Part shown: piece by piece, positions 25,472 to 34,795 of the stretch
How positions within the stretch are numbered: position 1 is the stretch's first letter
How the letters are laid out: each line of letters starts with the position of its first letter
Source: an uncultured Actinomycetes bacterium
GTDB lineage: Bacteria > Actinomycetota > Thermoleophilia > Gaiellales > JAICJC01
DNA: 64,000 bases
Assembly (NCBI GenBank): GCA_963737445.1
Contig: CAVTSO010000002.1
Coordinates: 47,474 to 111,473, forward strand
Direction: 5' to 3'
Position numbers and translations under genes: made by a program
The notes under the pieces: model-generated
Told to the model about the DNA's origin: nothing
Databases searched by the model: none
What the model saw: only the letters and a program-made list of their open reading frames with translations

Positions 25472-26258
25472 ACCGGAACGTCTCGATCGAGGTGGCGCGG
25501 CCGCTGGCCGGATCGCACTCGATCAGCGCACCCTCGATCCGCACCTCGTTCTCGGCCGGCTCGAACCGCACCGGCAGCCCGGTCTGGAACCGCCGCAGCA
25601 CCAGCTCGGTGCGGACGCCGATCACGGAGTCGTGGGGCCCGGTCATGCCGCCGTCCGTGAGGTAGGCGGTGCCGCCCGGGAGCACCGCGGCGTCGTTGGT
25701 CTGGACGTGGGTGTGGGTGCCGATCACCGCGGTCACGCGACCGTCCAGCAGCCGTCCCATCGCCACCTTCTCGCTGGTGGCCTCGGCGTGGAAGTCGACC
25801 AGCACCACCTTCGCGCGCGAGCGCGCGTCGGCGACCAGCCCGGCGGCCACCTCGAAGGGGCTCTGGGCGGCGTCCAGGAACAGCTGGCCGATCAGGTTGA
25901 TGACGGCCACGCGGGTGCCGTCCGCGGCCTCAACGACAGCAACCCCGCGGCCCGGGGCGTTGGCGGCATGGTTGGCGGGTCGCACGATCCGGTCGTCCGA
26001 TTCCAGGAACGGGTACACCTCGCGCTGCCGGTAGGCGTGGTTCCCCAGCGTGATCACGTCCACGCCGGCCGTGTACAGCTTTAGGGCGATGCGGCTGGTG
26101 ACCCCGACGCCGTCGGCGGCGTTCTCGGCGTTCGCCACCACCAGGTCGACGCTGTGCTGGGCGCGCAGCTCCGGGAGGTGCATCTCCACCGCGCGGCGGC
26201 CGGGCGCTCCGAAGATGTCCGCGATGAAGAGGATCCGCACGGGCAGATCGTACGGCAC
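25458..26258 (-). CDS. YmdB-like metallophosphoesterase (TIGR00282 family)
   Basis: ILFIADIFGAPGR, VVANAENAADG, GNH, DFHAEATSEK and GTHTHVQTND motifs. The start is GTG 26258 or, more family-typical, GTG 26240 (VRILF). Confidence 0.85.
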   Translation of the reverse strand: MPYDLPVRILFIADIFGAPGRRAVEMHLPELRAQHSVDLVVANAENAADGVGVTSRIALKLYTAGVDVITLGNHAYRQREVYPFLESDDRIVRPANHAANAPGRGVAVVEAADGTRVAVINLIGQLFLDAAQSPFEVAAGLVADARSRAKVVLVDFHAEATSEKVAMGRLLDGRVTAVIGTHTHVQTNDAAVLPGGTAYLTDGGMTGPHDSVIGVRTELVLRRFQTGLPVRFEPAENEVRIEGALIECDPASGRATSIETFRFSAG

Positions 26259-26268
26259 GCGGCCGTGG

Positions 26269-26973
26269 CTACAGCAGCGGGCTGGCTCCCGGGGCCGGGC
26301 CGACCTGCATGGAGACGTGGTTCCCAGAGTCGGACGTGTAGTTCGCGACCGTCTGGTGGAGCAGCTTGGACAGGTCGACGATCTTGCCCAGCAGCGTCTG
26401 CGAGGCGTGCACGGGCGAGCCGACGTCGACGGCCAGGTGCTGATCGAGGTTGCCGACGGTCACGATCACGGCGGCCAGGTCGCTGGGCCGGATCTGCACG
26501 ATGCTGCCGCGCGCCTTGCCGTTCAGGACGTAGGGCTGGACGCTGACCACGGTGCCGTCCACCGGCGAGTAGACGTCGGTGCCGGCCGGCGCGCCCACGT
26601 CCACCGATCCGGTGTCGGCGCCGTCCCCGCTGCTGTCGATGTAGTAGGACGGGCCGCCCCCGCCGCTGCTCCCGAACAGGCGGTTGCCCAGGCGCGCCAG
26701 GAACCCGGCGTTCTTCTGGGTGCCGGCCGGGCTCAGCGGGATCGCGTTCGTGGCGCCGGTGGCGTGGTAGACGATGGCGGTGATGCGGCCGGCGGAGACG
26801 GGAACCTCGAGGCTGAGGCCGCTGACCGTGGCCAGCGTCCGAGGCGGGCTGGGCGGCGCGTTCGGTGCCAGCTGCGGCGAGTGCGGCGACGCGATGCCGC
26901 TGGTGTCCCGCGCCGAGGATCCGGAGTGGAGGACGACGACCACAACCGCCGCGAGCACGATGGCCGCTGCCAC
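26269..26973 (-). CDS. membrane-anchored LytM/M23-like protein with degenerate catalytic motifs
   Basis: 234-aa ORF with a TM anchor and GAPAGTDVYSPVDGTVVSV...QTLLGKIVD resembling the M23 fold but lacking the HxxxD/HxH histidines. The 5' end is uncertain (see findings). Confidence 0.4.
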   Translation of the reverse strand: MAAAIVLAAVVVVVLHSGSSARDTSGIASPHSPQLAPNAPPSPPRTLATVSGLSLEVPVSAGRITAIVYHATGATNAIPLSPAGTQKNAGFLARLGNRLFGSSGGGGPSYYIDSSGDGADTGSVDVGAPAGTDVYSPVDGTVVSVQPYVLNGKARGSIVQIRPSDLAAVIVTVGNLDQHLAVDVGSPVHASQTLLGKIVDLSKLLHQTVANYTSDSGNHVSMQVGPAPGASPLL

Positions 26974-27102
26974 GGCCAGCAGGCGTCGCTGCCGGTGCGG
27001 GTCGCGCCGTCGGACGGTGCGCGCGCCGCCGCTGTCGCTGACGGGTCGCGATCACCCGTCCAGACTAGCCCAGGCCGGGTGCCGGGGGGACCGGTTGCTA
27101 GG

Positions 27103-28335
27103 ATGGCCGCAATGCCGCCCGACACCCCGCGGATGGTACGGATCCCGCGCTGGGTCCAGCTGGTGGGGCTGCCGCTGATCCTGGTCGGGGCCTGGCAGTT
27201 CATGTCCGCGGTCAGCCACGCGATGTTCATCTTCGTGGTGGCGGCGCTGATCGCGATCCTGCTGAACCCGATCGTGCGCGCGTTCTGCGCGCTGAAGATC
27301 CCGCGCGCCTTGGCGGTGTTCCTCGTCTACCTCACGTTCGCGATCACGTTCGTGGCCCTGGGCGTGCTGGCCGGGACGGTGATCGCGACCCAGGTGCAGT
27401 CGGCCAGCACGGTGGTCGAGAACGAGTTCAGCACCGCGCCCGGCCAGACCGAGACACCCGCGGAGATGAAGCTGGACGACCTGCAGCGGTGGCTCGACGA
27501 CCACGGCCTGTCGCAGATCAACGTCCGCCAGCTGGGCGACAAGGTGCAGCAGAAGGTCAACTCGCTGGATCTCGAGAGCGTGTCGGGGCAGGCGGTGGGC
27601 GTCGCCCAGGGCGTGCTGCTGGGCGTGGCCGAGAGCCTGTTCAACGTCGTGCTGGTGATCGTCGTGTCGGTGTACATGCTGCTCGATGCGCCCCGGCTGT
27701 CGCGGTTCCTGAGGCGGCTGTTCCCGCCCGCCGAGGGGGAGGACGACTTGGTGGTGCGCCTGGAGCGGGCGCTCCTGTCCTACGTTCGCGGCCAGACGCT
27801 GGTGTCGCTGGTGATCGGCGCGACCGCCGGCGGGCTGATGTGGATCCTGGGCGAGCTCGGGATCTTCCAGGGCGGCAGCGACTACGCGATCGCCTTCGGC
27901 GCGTTCGCCGCGCTGACCGAGGTGATCCCCTACGTGGGGCCGTGGATCGGCGCGATCCCGCCGATGGCGGTAGCGCTGGCGGAGTCGCCCACGGCGGCGA
28001 TCGCCGTCGCGCTGGCGTTCCTGTTCATCCACCAGGTCGAGGGCCACATCGTGATCCCCAAGCTGATGGGCGGCGCGGTGGGGGTGCACCCGCTGCTGGT
28101 GATCTTCGCGCTGCTGGCCGGCCAGCAGCTGTACGGGTTCGCGGGCGTGTTCGTGACGCTGCCGCTGCTCGCGATCGGCCGCGAGCTGTTCTGGTTCCTG
28201 AGGGAGCGGGTCGGGCTGGAGCCGTGGGGGAACGCACCGCTGCAAGTGGAGGTGCCGGTCGAGGTGCACGGTCCCGCGCCTCCACCGCCGCCCACGGTGC
28301 CGCCGGCCGGCGGCCCGGCTACTGCGGGCTCGTAG
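27103..28335 (+). CDS. AI-2E family transporter (PerM/UPF0118)
   Basis: Internal start of ORF 26050..28335 with the family motif TEVIPYVGPWIGAIPP. ATG 27112 is an alternative, leaderless-compatible start. Confidence 0.85.
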   Translation: MAAMPPDTPRMVRIPRWVQLVGLPLILVGAWQFMSAVSHAMFIFVVAALIAILLNPIVRAFCALKIPRALAVFLVYLTFAITFVALGVLAGTVIATQVQSASTVVENEFSTAPGQTETPAEMKLDDLQRWLDDHGLSQINVRQLGDKVQQKVNSLDLESVSGQAVGVAQGVLLGVAESLFNVVLVIVVSVYMLLDAPRLSRFLRRLFPPAEGEDDLVVRLERALLSYVRGQTLVSLVIGATAGGLMWILGELGIFQGGSDYAIAFGAFAALTEVIPYVGPWIGAIPPMAVALAESPTAAIAVALAFLFIHQVEGHIVIPKLMGGAVGVHPLLVIFALLAGQQLYGFAGVFVTLPLLAIGRELFWFLRERVGLEPWGNAPLQVEVPVEVHGPAPPPPPTVPPAGGPATAGS

Positions 28336-29707
28336 CGGCTGAGCTGCTGACGACCGACTGCGGCGTCGGCGCCATCGCGTCCTGGTTGGACGGCGCCAGG
28401 TCGGCGGCTAGCTCGAACGCCTCCAGCGCCGCCTCGGCGCGGCCCATCCGCTTCAGGAACTTGCCGTACCAGCGGTAGGCCTTGGCCAGCTCGCGCGTCC
28501 AGCCGTTCTGCTGGCGGATCGCATCGATCGCGGCCGTGAAGCCCCACTCGGCCCGCTCCGCGTCGCCCAGCTCGTCGTAGACGCGGGCCAGCACCAGGTA
28601 GGCATCGCCCAGCTGCCCGGGCAGGGCGCCGTTTCCGAGCAGCTCGACGCCCTCGCGAGCCTTGCTCGAGGCCAGCTCCGTGTCGCCCTTCTGGAGCGCG
28701 CAGCGCGCCTCCTCGACCACCACGAACCCGAGATCGAGCGGGCTCGGGCGGGCGCCCAGCAGGCTCCGTGAGGCGGACAGATGCTCCTCGGCGCGGGCCG
28801 TCTCGCCCGCGTCCAGCAGGTTCTGCGCATACAACAGATGTGCATCCGCCAGAGCGTCATTGTCGTCCATCAGCTCGTAGATCGCGAGCGCGCGGTCGGC
28901 GTAGGCGATGGCCTGGCCGACCTGGCCGGTGCTGGCGTAGAGGCGAGACAGAGAGTAGTAGGCGCGGGCCCGGCTCTGCAGGTCGACCTCCTCGGCGCCG
29001 TCGCGCAGGGCGGCGGCCAGCACGGTGCCGGCGCTGCCGTAGTCGCCCGCGTCGGAGTAGGCCTGGCTGAGCAGGAGCGTGTAGCGCACGAGCTTGGCCA
29101 GGTCGCGGCCGGGCTGCTGTCGCAGCTGCTCCGCGCAGTCGTTCATGAGCGCGATCGCGCGGGCGGCGTCGCCGGCCCCAATGTGGAGGCGCGCCAACTC
29201 GATGTAGAGGTCGGGCCGCTGTGCCGGGTGCGGCGGATCGCCCACCTCCAGCGCCTGCTGGAACAGCTCCAGCGCCTGGCCGTCGCGGCCGCGACGGGCC
29301 GAGATCAGGGCCAGGCCCTCGTAGCACTCGCTCATGCGCTCCGCGTCGGCGTCGACCTCGGCCTCACGCAGCACGCCGCGCAGCAGCTCCTCGGCCTCCT
29401 CGTACTGTTCGAGGCGGATCATCATCATGGCGTCCAGCACCTCGAGCGAGCGGGTGCGCTGCTCGTTGGAGACCTCACCGGTCAGCTCCTCGGGCGTGAC
29501 GTCGAGGCGGCGTGCGATCTCGACCAGCACGCGCGGGCTGGGCCTGCGGTCGCCGGCCTCGATGCGGGCCAGGTAGCTGTAGGAGCAGCCGTCGAAGGAG
29601 AGATCGCGCTGGGTCATCGCGCGCCGGCGGCGGAGATGCCGGATGCGGGCGCCGAGCTTGCGCAGGGCCTCGTTCGAGTAGTCAAGCTCGTGATCGTTCT
29701 GCAGCAT
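28319..29707 (-). CDS. XRE-family HTH transcriptional regulator with C-terminal TPR repeats
   Basis: Start MLQNDHELDY (ATG 29707) inside ORF 28319..30733. HTH LRRRRAMTQRDLSFDGCSYSYLARIEAGDRRPS followed by about 380 aa of TPR-like repeats. Confidence 0.8.
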   Translation of the reverse strand: MLQNDHELDYSNEALRKLGARIRHLRRRRAMTQRDLSFDGCSYSYLARIEAGDRRPSPRVLVEIARRLDVTPEELTGEVSNEQRTRSLEVLDAMMMIRLEQYEEAEELLRGVLREAEVDADAERMSECYEGLALISARRGRDGQALELFQQALEVGDPPHPAQRPDLYIELARLHIGAGDAARAIALMNDCAEQLRQQPGRDLAKLVRYTLLLSQAYSDAGDYGSAGTVLAAALRDGAEEVDLQSRARAYYSLSRLYASTGQVGQAIAYADRALAIYELMDDNDALADAHLLYAQNLLDAGETARAEEHLSASRSLLGARPSPLDLGFVVVEEARCALQKGDTELASSKAREGVELLGNGALPGQLGDAYLVLARVYDELGDAERAEWGFTAAIDAIRQQNGWTRELAKAYRWYGKFLKRMGRAEAALEAFELAADLAPSNQDAMAPTPQSVVSSSAATSPQ

Positions 29708-29778
29708 GCCGGCCTTTCCCCCGGAGTCCATTCGTGGCAATCCTATTCGCACGTGATGGTCATGTAAAGGCCCGGCGA

Positions 29779-29784
29779 TACAAT
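29779..29784 (+). promoter_or_regulatory. -10-like TACAAT 7 nt upstream of the hemB ATG
   Basis: TACAATctgagccATG. Confidence 0.5.
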
Positions 29785-29791
29785 CTGAGCC

Positions 29792-30763
29792 ATGTCGTTT
29801 CCGGCTACACGCCTGCGCAGGCTGCGCCGCACCGATGCCCTGCGGGGCATGGTGCGCGAGACGCGCCTCTCGGCGGCCGACCTGATCCAGCCGCTGTTCG
29901 TGCGGGCGGGCAGCGGGCCGGCCACGCCGATCCCCTCTCTCAGCGAGCAGTACCACCATTCGATCGAGACGCTGGTCGAGGAGGCGCGGGCGGTGCACGC
30001 GGCGGGGGTCCCGGCCGTGATCCTGTTCGGCATCCCCGATCACAAGGACGAGGCGGCCAGCTCCGCGTACGACGAGGAGGGCATTGTCCAGCTGGGGCTG
30101 CGGGCGATCCGGCTGGCGGTGCCGGAGCTGGTGCTGATCACGGATGTCTGCCTCTGCCAGTACACGTCGCACGGGCACTGCGGGGTGCTGCGCGACGGCG
30201 ACGTGGACAACGATCTGACGCTGGAGCTGCTGGCCCAGACGGCGGTGTCGCACGCCGCCGCCGGCGCCGACATCGTGGCACCCAGCGACATGATGGACGG
30301 CCGCGTGGCCGCGATCCGGGCGGCGCTGGACGCCGACGGGCTCACGTCGACGGCGATCCTGGCCTACAGCGCCAAGTTCGCGTCCAGCTTCTACGGCCCG
30401 TTCCGCGAGGCCGCCCACTCGACGCCGTCGGAGGGCGACCGGCGCGGATATCAGATGGATCCGGCCAACGCCAACGAGGCACTGCGCGAGGTGCTGCTCG
30501 ACATCGGCGAGGGTGCCGACATGGTGATGGTGAAGCCGGCGATGCCGTACCTGGACGTGATCCGGCGCGTGCGCGAGGCGACGCTGGCGCCGATAGCGGC
30601 CTACCAGGTCAGCGGTGAGTACGCAATGCTGACGGCGGCCGCGCGCGATGGGCTGCTGGACGAGCGGGCGGCGGCGCTGGAGGCGCTGACGGCAATCAAG
30701 CGGGCCGGCGCCGACATGATCATCACGTACCACGCGACACGGGCCGCGGGTTGGCTCTCCTAG
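29792..30763 (+). CDS. hemB: porphobilinogen synthase (delta-aminolevulinate dehydratase)
   Basis: 323-aa ORF with the active-site Lys region [15 protein letters not shown] and a typical N-terminus RLRRLR. Confidence 0.95.
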   Translation: MSFPATRLRRLRRTDALRGMVRETRLSAADLIQPLFVRAGSGPATPIPSLSEQYHHSIETLVEEARAVHAAGVPAVILFGIPDHKDEAASSAYDEEGIVQLGLRAIRLAVPELVLITDVCLCQYTSHGHCGVLRDGDVDNDLTLELLAQTAVSHAAAGADIVAPSDMMDGRVAAIRAALDADGLTSTAILAYSAKFASSFYGPFREAAHSTPSEGDRRGYQMDPANANEALREVLLDIGEGADMVMVKPAMPYLDVIRRVREATLAPIAAYQVSGEYAMLTAAARDGLLDERAAALEALTAIKRAGADMIITYHATRAAGWLS

Positions 30764-32034
30764 GAGGGCCGCAGACCGAGGTCGAGTCTCAGCGGCTGTA
30801 CCGGGAGGCGTGCCGCCTGATCCCGGGCGGGGTGTCGAGCCCGGTGCGGGCGATGCGGTCGGTGGGACGCGAGCATCCGCTGTTCGCTGCCGCCGGCGAG
30901 GGCGCCTGGCTGATCGATGCCGACGGCAACCGCTACGTCGACTGGGTGCTGTCCTGGGGGCCGCTGATCGCCGGCCACGCGCACCCGGCGGTGGTGGACG
31001 CGGTCGGCCGGGCGGCGGCGCGGGGCACGTCCTTCGGGATGCCGACGGCGCTGGAGGTGGAGCTGGCGGCCGAGGTGGTGCGGGCGGTTCCGTCGCTGGA
31101 GATGGTGCGGTTCGTGTCGTCGGGCACCGAGGCGACGATGAGCGCGGTGCGGCTCGCGCGTGGATTTACCGGCCGCTCCAAGGTGCTGAAGTTCGCGGGC
31201 GGCTACCACGGCCACGTGGACGCGCTGCTGGCGCAGGCCGGGTCGGGACTGGCCACGCTCGCGATCCCGGCGACGCCGGGCGTGCCGGCGGCGGTGACCG
31301 CCGACACGCTGATCGCGGAGTACAACGACCTGGATGCGGCGCGGGCGCTCGCCGATATGCACGGCCACGATCTGGCGTGCGTGATCGTGGAGCCGGTGGC
31401 GGGCAACATGGGCGTGGTGCCGGCCGCGCCGGGGTTCCTGGAGGGGCTGCGGACGATCTGCAACGGCGCGGGGGCGCTGCTGATCGCGGACGAGGTGATC
31501 ACCGGGTTCCGGGTCGCCTACGGCGGCGCGCAGGAGCGGCTGGCGTTCCGGCCGGATCTGACGTGCCTGGGCAAGATCCTGGGCGGCGGCGTGCCGGCGG
31601 CGGCGTTCGGCGGCCGTGCCGACGTGATGCAGCAGCTGGCGCCGGTGGGCGACGTCTACCAGGCCGGCACGCTGTCGGGCAATCCGCTGGCGATGGCGGC
31701 CGGGCTGGCGACGCTGGGCCTGCTGCGCGAGCCGGGTGCCTACAATCGGCTGGAAGCGACGTCCGCGGCGGTCGCTGCCGGGCTGGAGCGGCCGGGGGTG
31801 ACGGTGAACAGGGTGGGCGCGATGCTGACCGGGTTCTTCGCCGAGGGCCCCGTGACCGACTTCCCCGGTGCGATGGCCAGTGACACCGACCGCTACGCGC
31901 GGTTCCACGCACACATGCTGGAGCGGGGCGTGTACCTGGCGCCGTCGCAGTTCGAGGCGATGATGCCGTCGCTGGCGCACACGGCCGAGCAGGTGGAGAT
32001 GACCGCCGCGGCGGCGCGGGAGTTCGACGGCTGA
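30751..32034 (+). CDS. hemL: glutamate-1-semialdehyde 2,1-aminomutase
   Basis: 427-aa ORF with [11 protein letters not shown] and a class-III aminotransferase pattern. TTG start overlaps the hemB end. Confidence 0.9.
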   Translation: MALLGGPQTEVESQRLYREACRLIPGGVSSPVRAMRSVGREHPLFAAAGEGAWLIDADGNRYVDWVLSWGPLIAGHAHPAVVDAVGRAAARGTSFGMPTALEVELAAEVVRAVPSLEMVRFVSSGTEATMSAVRLARGFTGRSKVLKFAGGYHGHVDALLAQAGSGLATLAIPATPGVPAAVTADTLIAEYNDLDAARALADMHGHDLACVIVEPVAGNMGVVPAAPGFLEGLRTICNGAGALLIADEVITGFRVAYGGAQERLAFRPDLTCLGKILGGGVPAAAFGGRADVMQQLAPVGDVYQAGTLSGNPLAMAAGLATLGLLREPGAYNRLEATSAAVAAGLERPGVTVNRVGAMLTGFFAEGPVTDFPGAMASDTDRYARFHAHMLERGVYLAPSQFEAMMPSLAHTAEQVEMTAAAAREFDG

Positions 32035-32426
32035 TGGCCTCGCTGCTGGATGAGATCCGGACGCGAGCGGCGGCCGACAGCCCGCTCTGGGAGCGGGCGC
32101 TGCTGCCCGGCGAGGCGCCGGCGCCGGAGTTCGAGGGCCGCTGCCCGCAGTTGTATCTGCTGGGGGTGGAGATGATCCGCGAGGGCTACCTGCTGCATAA
32201 CGGCCGCGCGCGGCTGTTCGCGCAGGACGACGCCGACCTGGCGCTGCTGACCGGGGACTACCTGTACGCGGCCGGGCTGGTCGAGATCTGCGGCACGGGC
32301 GATCTCGACGCCGTGACGACGCTGGCCGGCCTGATCGCACGCTGCAGCCACAACCGTGGCGAGCAGCGACCGTCCGGCGACGACGACGCGCTCTGGGACT
32401 CGGCGCTGGCCGCCCTCGGCGCCTGA
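32034..32426 (+). CDS. hypothetical 130-aa protein (weak resemblance to the first helix pair of polyprenyl synthases, without Asp-rich motifs)
   Basis: ATG overlaps the hemL stop (TGATG). VEMIREGYLLHNG and LALLTGDYLYAAGL resemble the vElIH..SLvHDD / ilaGDyL segments. Confidence 0.4.
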   Translation: MASLLDEIRTRAAADSPLWERALLPGEAPAPEFEGRCPQLYLLGVEMIREGYLLHNGRARLFAQDDADLALLTGDYLYAAGLVEICGTGDLDAVTTLAGLIARCSHNRGEQRPSGDDDALWDSALAALGA

Positions 32427-32432
32427 CGCCCC

Positions 32433-32449
32433 GTCACGGCCGCCGTGAC
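32433..32449. repeat. perfect 17-nt palindrome GTCACGGC-C-GCCGTGAC (GTCAC-N7-GTGAC)
   Basis: Read directly, 7 nt after the stop of the 32034..32426 gene. Confidence 0.7.
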
Positions 32450-32524
32450 ACGGGCGTAACGCCAGCGCGCCCCCAGCAGGGCTCAGAGCCCGACTCGGCC
32501 CCCGACAGGGGTTCGCGCGCACCC

Positions 32525-32542
32525 CGTGACAGTTCGTGACAG
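32525..32542 (+). repeat. direct repeat CGTGACAG-TT-CGTGACAG (10-nt phasing)
   Basis: Read directly. The second unit extends to CGTGACAGGTG, identical to 61188-61198. Confidence 0.7.
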
Positions 32543-32720
32543 GTGGCTGCGGCTGGTTCCGCGTGGTCGAGCGGACGCCCCAATTATTGGAGTCAAACAC
32601 CGCATCGGCCTGCGTGAAAGGTTCGTGCGGCGGCCGTTGCGGACCGCTCCAGTGTTCGTTGCGAAGCGGGGCAGAGTGGGTGTAACGCCGGCCGTGACCG
32701 TTTGTTGCGGCGCCGTTACG

Positions 32721-33383
32721 TCAGGGCGTCCAGCGGTCGCCGACCGGTGTCACGACCAGCTCGTGCGTCCAGGCCGAGCGGCCCTGCTCGTGCAGATACT
32801 GCACCGCGCGCGCCAGCTCGGTCGTGTCGATCTTCTTGCCGCCGTCGTCGTCTCCGGCGCCGCCGAAGCTGCCGTCGCAGATCAGCAGGCAGGCGTGCAC
32901 GCCCTTCGGCTTCAGCTCGTTGGCCGCCGCCTGGCTGAGCGCGCGGGTCGCCGCCGCCCCCGATGCCCACGGTGCCCGGCCCGGCAGCGCCCGCCGCGCC
33001 GACCCGCCCGTGACCTGGATCAGGGTGCCGCCGGCCCGCTCGGCCAGCGACGCGCCGACAAGCCGGTAGAACGAGAACACCTCGGGCAGCAGCTGCTCGA
33101 GGTAGGGCGCCATCGCGTCGTCATCGGTGGTCGTCAGGTCGCCGCCGCCGAAGCGGCCCTTGGGCGAGTACGCGTTCACGGCCAGATCGAACGCGCCCGC
33201 CTCCTCGACCACGCGCCGCATCTGGTCACGGTCGGTGAGGTCGGCCTGCAGCCCGCGGCCCGGGAAGGCTGCGACCGTCTCCTCGCTGCGGGCGACGCCC
33301 GTTGCCTCCCAACCCTGGGCGATCAGATGCTCCGCGATCACCCGGCCGAGGTTGCGTGCCCCGAACACCAGCAGCTGTGGCAT
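32721..33383 (-). CDS. NAD(P)-binding SDR-like oxidoreductase
   Basis: 220-aa ORF with the N-terminal dinucleotide-binding pattern LLVFGARNLGRVIA. Confidence 0.6.
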   Translation of the reverse strand: MPQLLVFGARNLGRVIAEHLIAQGWEATGVARSEETVAAFPGRGLQADLTDRDQMRRVVEEAGAFDLAVNAYSPKGRFGGGDLTTTDDDAMAPYLEQLLPEVFSFYRLVGASLAERAGGTLIQVTGGSARRALPGRAPWASGAAATRALSQAAANELKPKGVHACLLICDGSFGGAGDDDGGKKIDTTELARAVQYLHEQGRSAWTHELVVTPVGDRWTP

Positions 33384-33387
33384 CGCT

Positions 33388-34044
33388 CTAGCCCTCGGCG
33401 GGCGGTGAGTCGGCGGCCGGGGGCGCGTCCGCCGGCGCCGCGGGCGGCGGGTCGGCAGCCGCCGGCGAGGCAGCCAACGTGGGCGGCGTCGAGAAGTCGA
33501 CCTTGACCGGCTCGCGGTCGCCCGCGTCCTCGATCTCGAAGAAGTCCCGCTTGGTGAACCCGCCCATGCCCGCGATGATCGAGTTCGGGAACACCTGGAT
33601 CTTGGTGTTGTAGGCCTGCACGTTGCCGTTGTAGATGCGCCGCGCGGCCGCGATCTGGTCCTCGGTGTTGGTCAGCTCAGCCTGCAGCTGCTGGAAGTTC
33701 TCCGTCGCGCGCAGCTGCGGGTAGGCCTCTGCCACTGCGAACAGCCGGCCCAGCGCCTGGGACAGCAGGCCCTCGGCCGCGCCGGCCTGCGCGGGCCCGC
33801 TGGCGCTCATCGCCTTCGTGCGCGCGTCGGTCACCGCCTGGAACGTCTCGCGCTCGTGCGCCGCATAGCCCTTCACCGTCTCAACCAGGTTCGGGATCAG
33901 GTCGTGCCGCCGCTTCAGCTGCACGTCGATCCCGCTCCAGGCCTCGTCGACCTTGTTCCGGGCGCGAACCATGCCGTTGTAGAGGCTGATCAGAAACACG
34001 ATCAGCAGAACGATCACGACGATCACGATGATGGCGGCGAGCAT
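33388..34044 (-). CDS. lemA: LemA family protein
   Basis: N-terminal TM, then EAWSGIDVQLKRRHDLIPNLVETVKGYAAHE...AYPQLRATENFQQLQAEL, the LemA signature. Confidence 0.85.
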   Translation of the reverse strand: MLAAIIVIVVIVLLIVFLISLYNGMVRARNKVDEAWSGIDVQLKRRHDLIPNLVETVKGYAAHERETFQAVTDARTKAMSASGPAQAGAAEGLLSQALGRLFAVAEAYPQLRATENFQQLQAELTNTEDQIAAARRIYNGNVQAYNTKIQVFPNSIIAGMGGFTKRDFFEIEDAGDREPVKVDFSTPPTLAASPAAADPPPAAPADAPPAADSPPAEG

Positions 34045-34111
34045 GTCCGGAAGCTCCTTGGTCGGGCGTGCGCGGGAAGCCCCGCATCCGGATTCTAGGC
34101 GCCCGTCCGGC

Positions 34112-34795
34112 TCAGGCCAGCGACGAGACGCCGGGCCTGTGCAGCAGGCCCTCCGCCAGCACCCGGCCGGCCAGGTACCGCGCCTGCTCCGCCAGCGCGT
34201 CCAGCTCGACGTCCGTGGTGCACGAATGCTGCGAGACCACGACCAGCGTGCCCAGCTGGTACTCGATCACTGGGGCCGTCCGCCCGAGGTTGATCAGCCA
34301 CACGATCGTCTCCGGATCGAACAGCTCGAGCAGCGCCTGCCGGTCGCCGTCGCGTCCCACCAGCACGCGGAAATCGGCCTCGAGCTCGGCCGACTCAAGG
34401 TGCAGCTCCTGCTCGTCCCAGCCTGCCGACGGCGCCACGAAGCCGTGCCGCGGCACCACTCGGAAGAGCGGAAGGCCGGCCGCCAGCACCGCCGACACCA
34501 CCGTTGCCTCTCCGATCCGGACGTCGCGACCCTCCCGGATCACCCACGTCCAGCGAAACAGCGTCCCGCTGCCGTCCCCGACCGGCAGCTGCCAGCAGTC
34601 GTGCGCGCCGCCCTCGGGCAGCGACAGCGTGGGGGTCGCCCCTGCCGGCGGCGGGGTACCCGGCACCAGCCCCTCGCGGAGCGCCCACGCCGACGTCGCG
34701 CTGTCGATCTCGGCGCTCCGCTGCGCCTGTGCCCAGTACCGGTAGCCGATGTAGGCCACCACCGCCAGCGGCATCAGGTACGGGAGCAGGATCAC
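34112..34795 (-). CDS. membrane-anchored protein of unknown function, paralog of 34792..35643 (DUF3137-like)
   Basis: 227-aa ORF. Shares FRVVPRHG, LHLESAELEADFRVLV and IVWLINLG...IEYQLGTLVV blocks with the upstream gene. Confidence 0.5.
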   Translation of the reverse strand: MILLPYLMPLAVVAYIGYRYWAQAQRSAEIDSATSAWALREGLVPGTPPPAGATPTLSLPEGGAHDCWQLPVGDGSGTLFRWTWVIREGRDVRIGEATVVSAVLAAGLPLFRVVPRHGFVAPSAGWDEQELHLESAELEADFRVLVGRDGDRQALLELFDPETIVWLINLGRTAPVIEYQLGTLVVVSQHSCTTDVELDALAEQARYLAGRVLAEGLLHRPGVSSLA

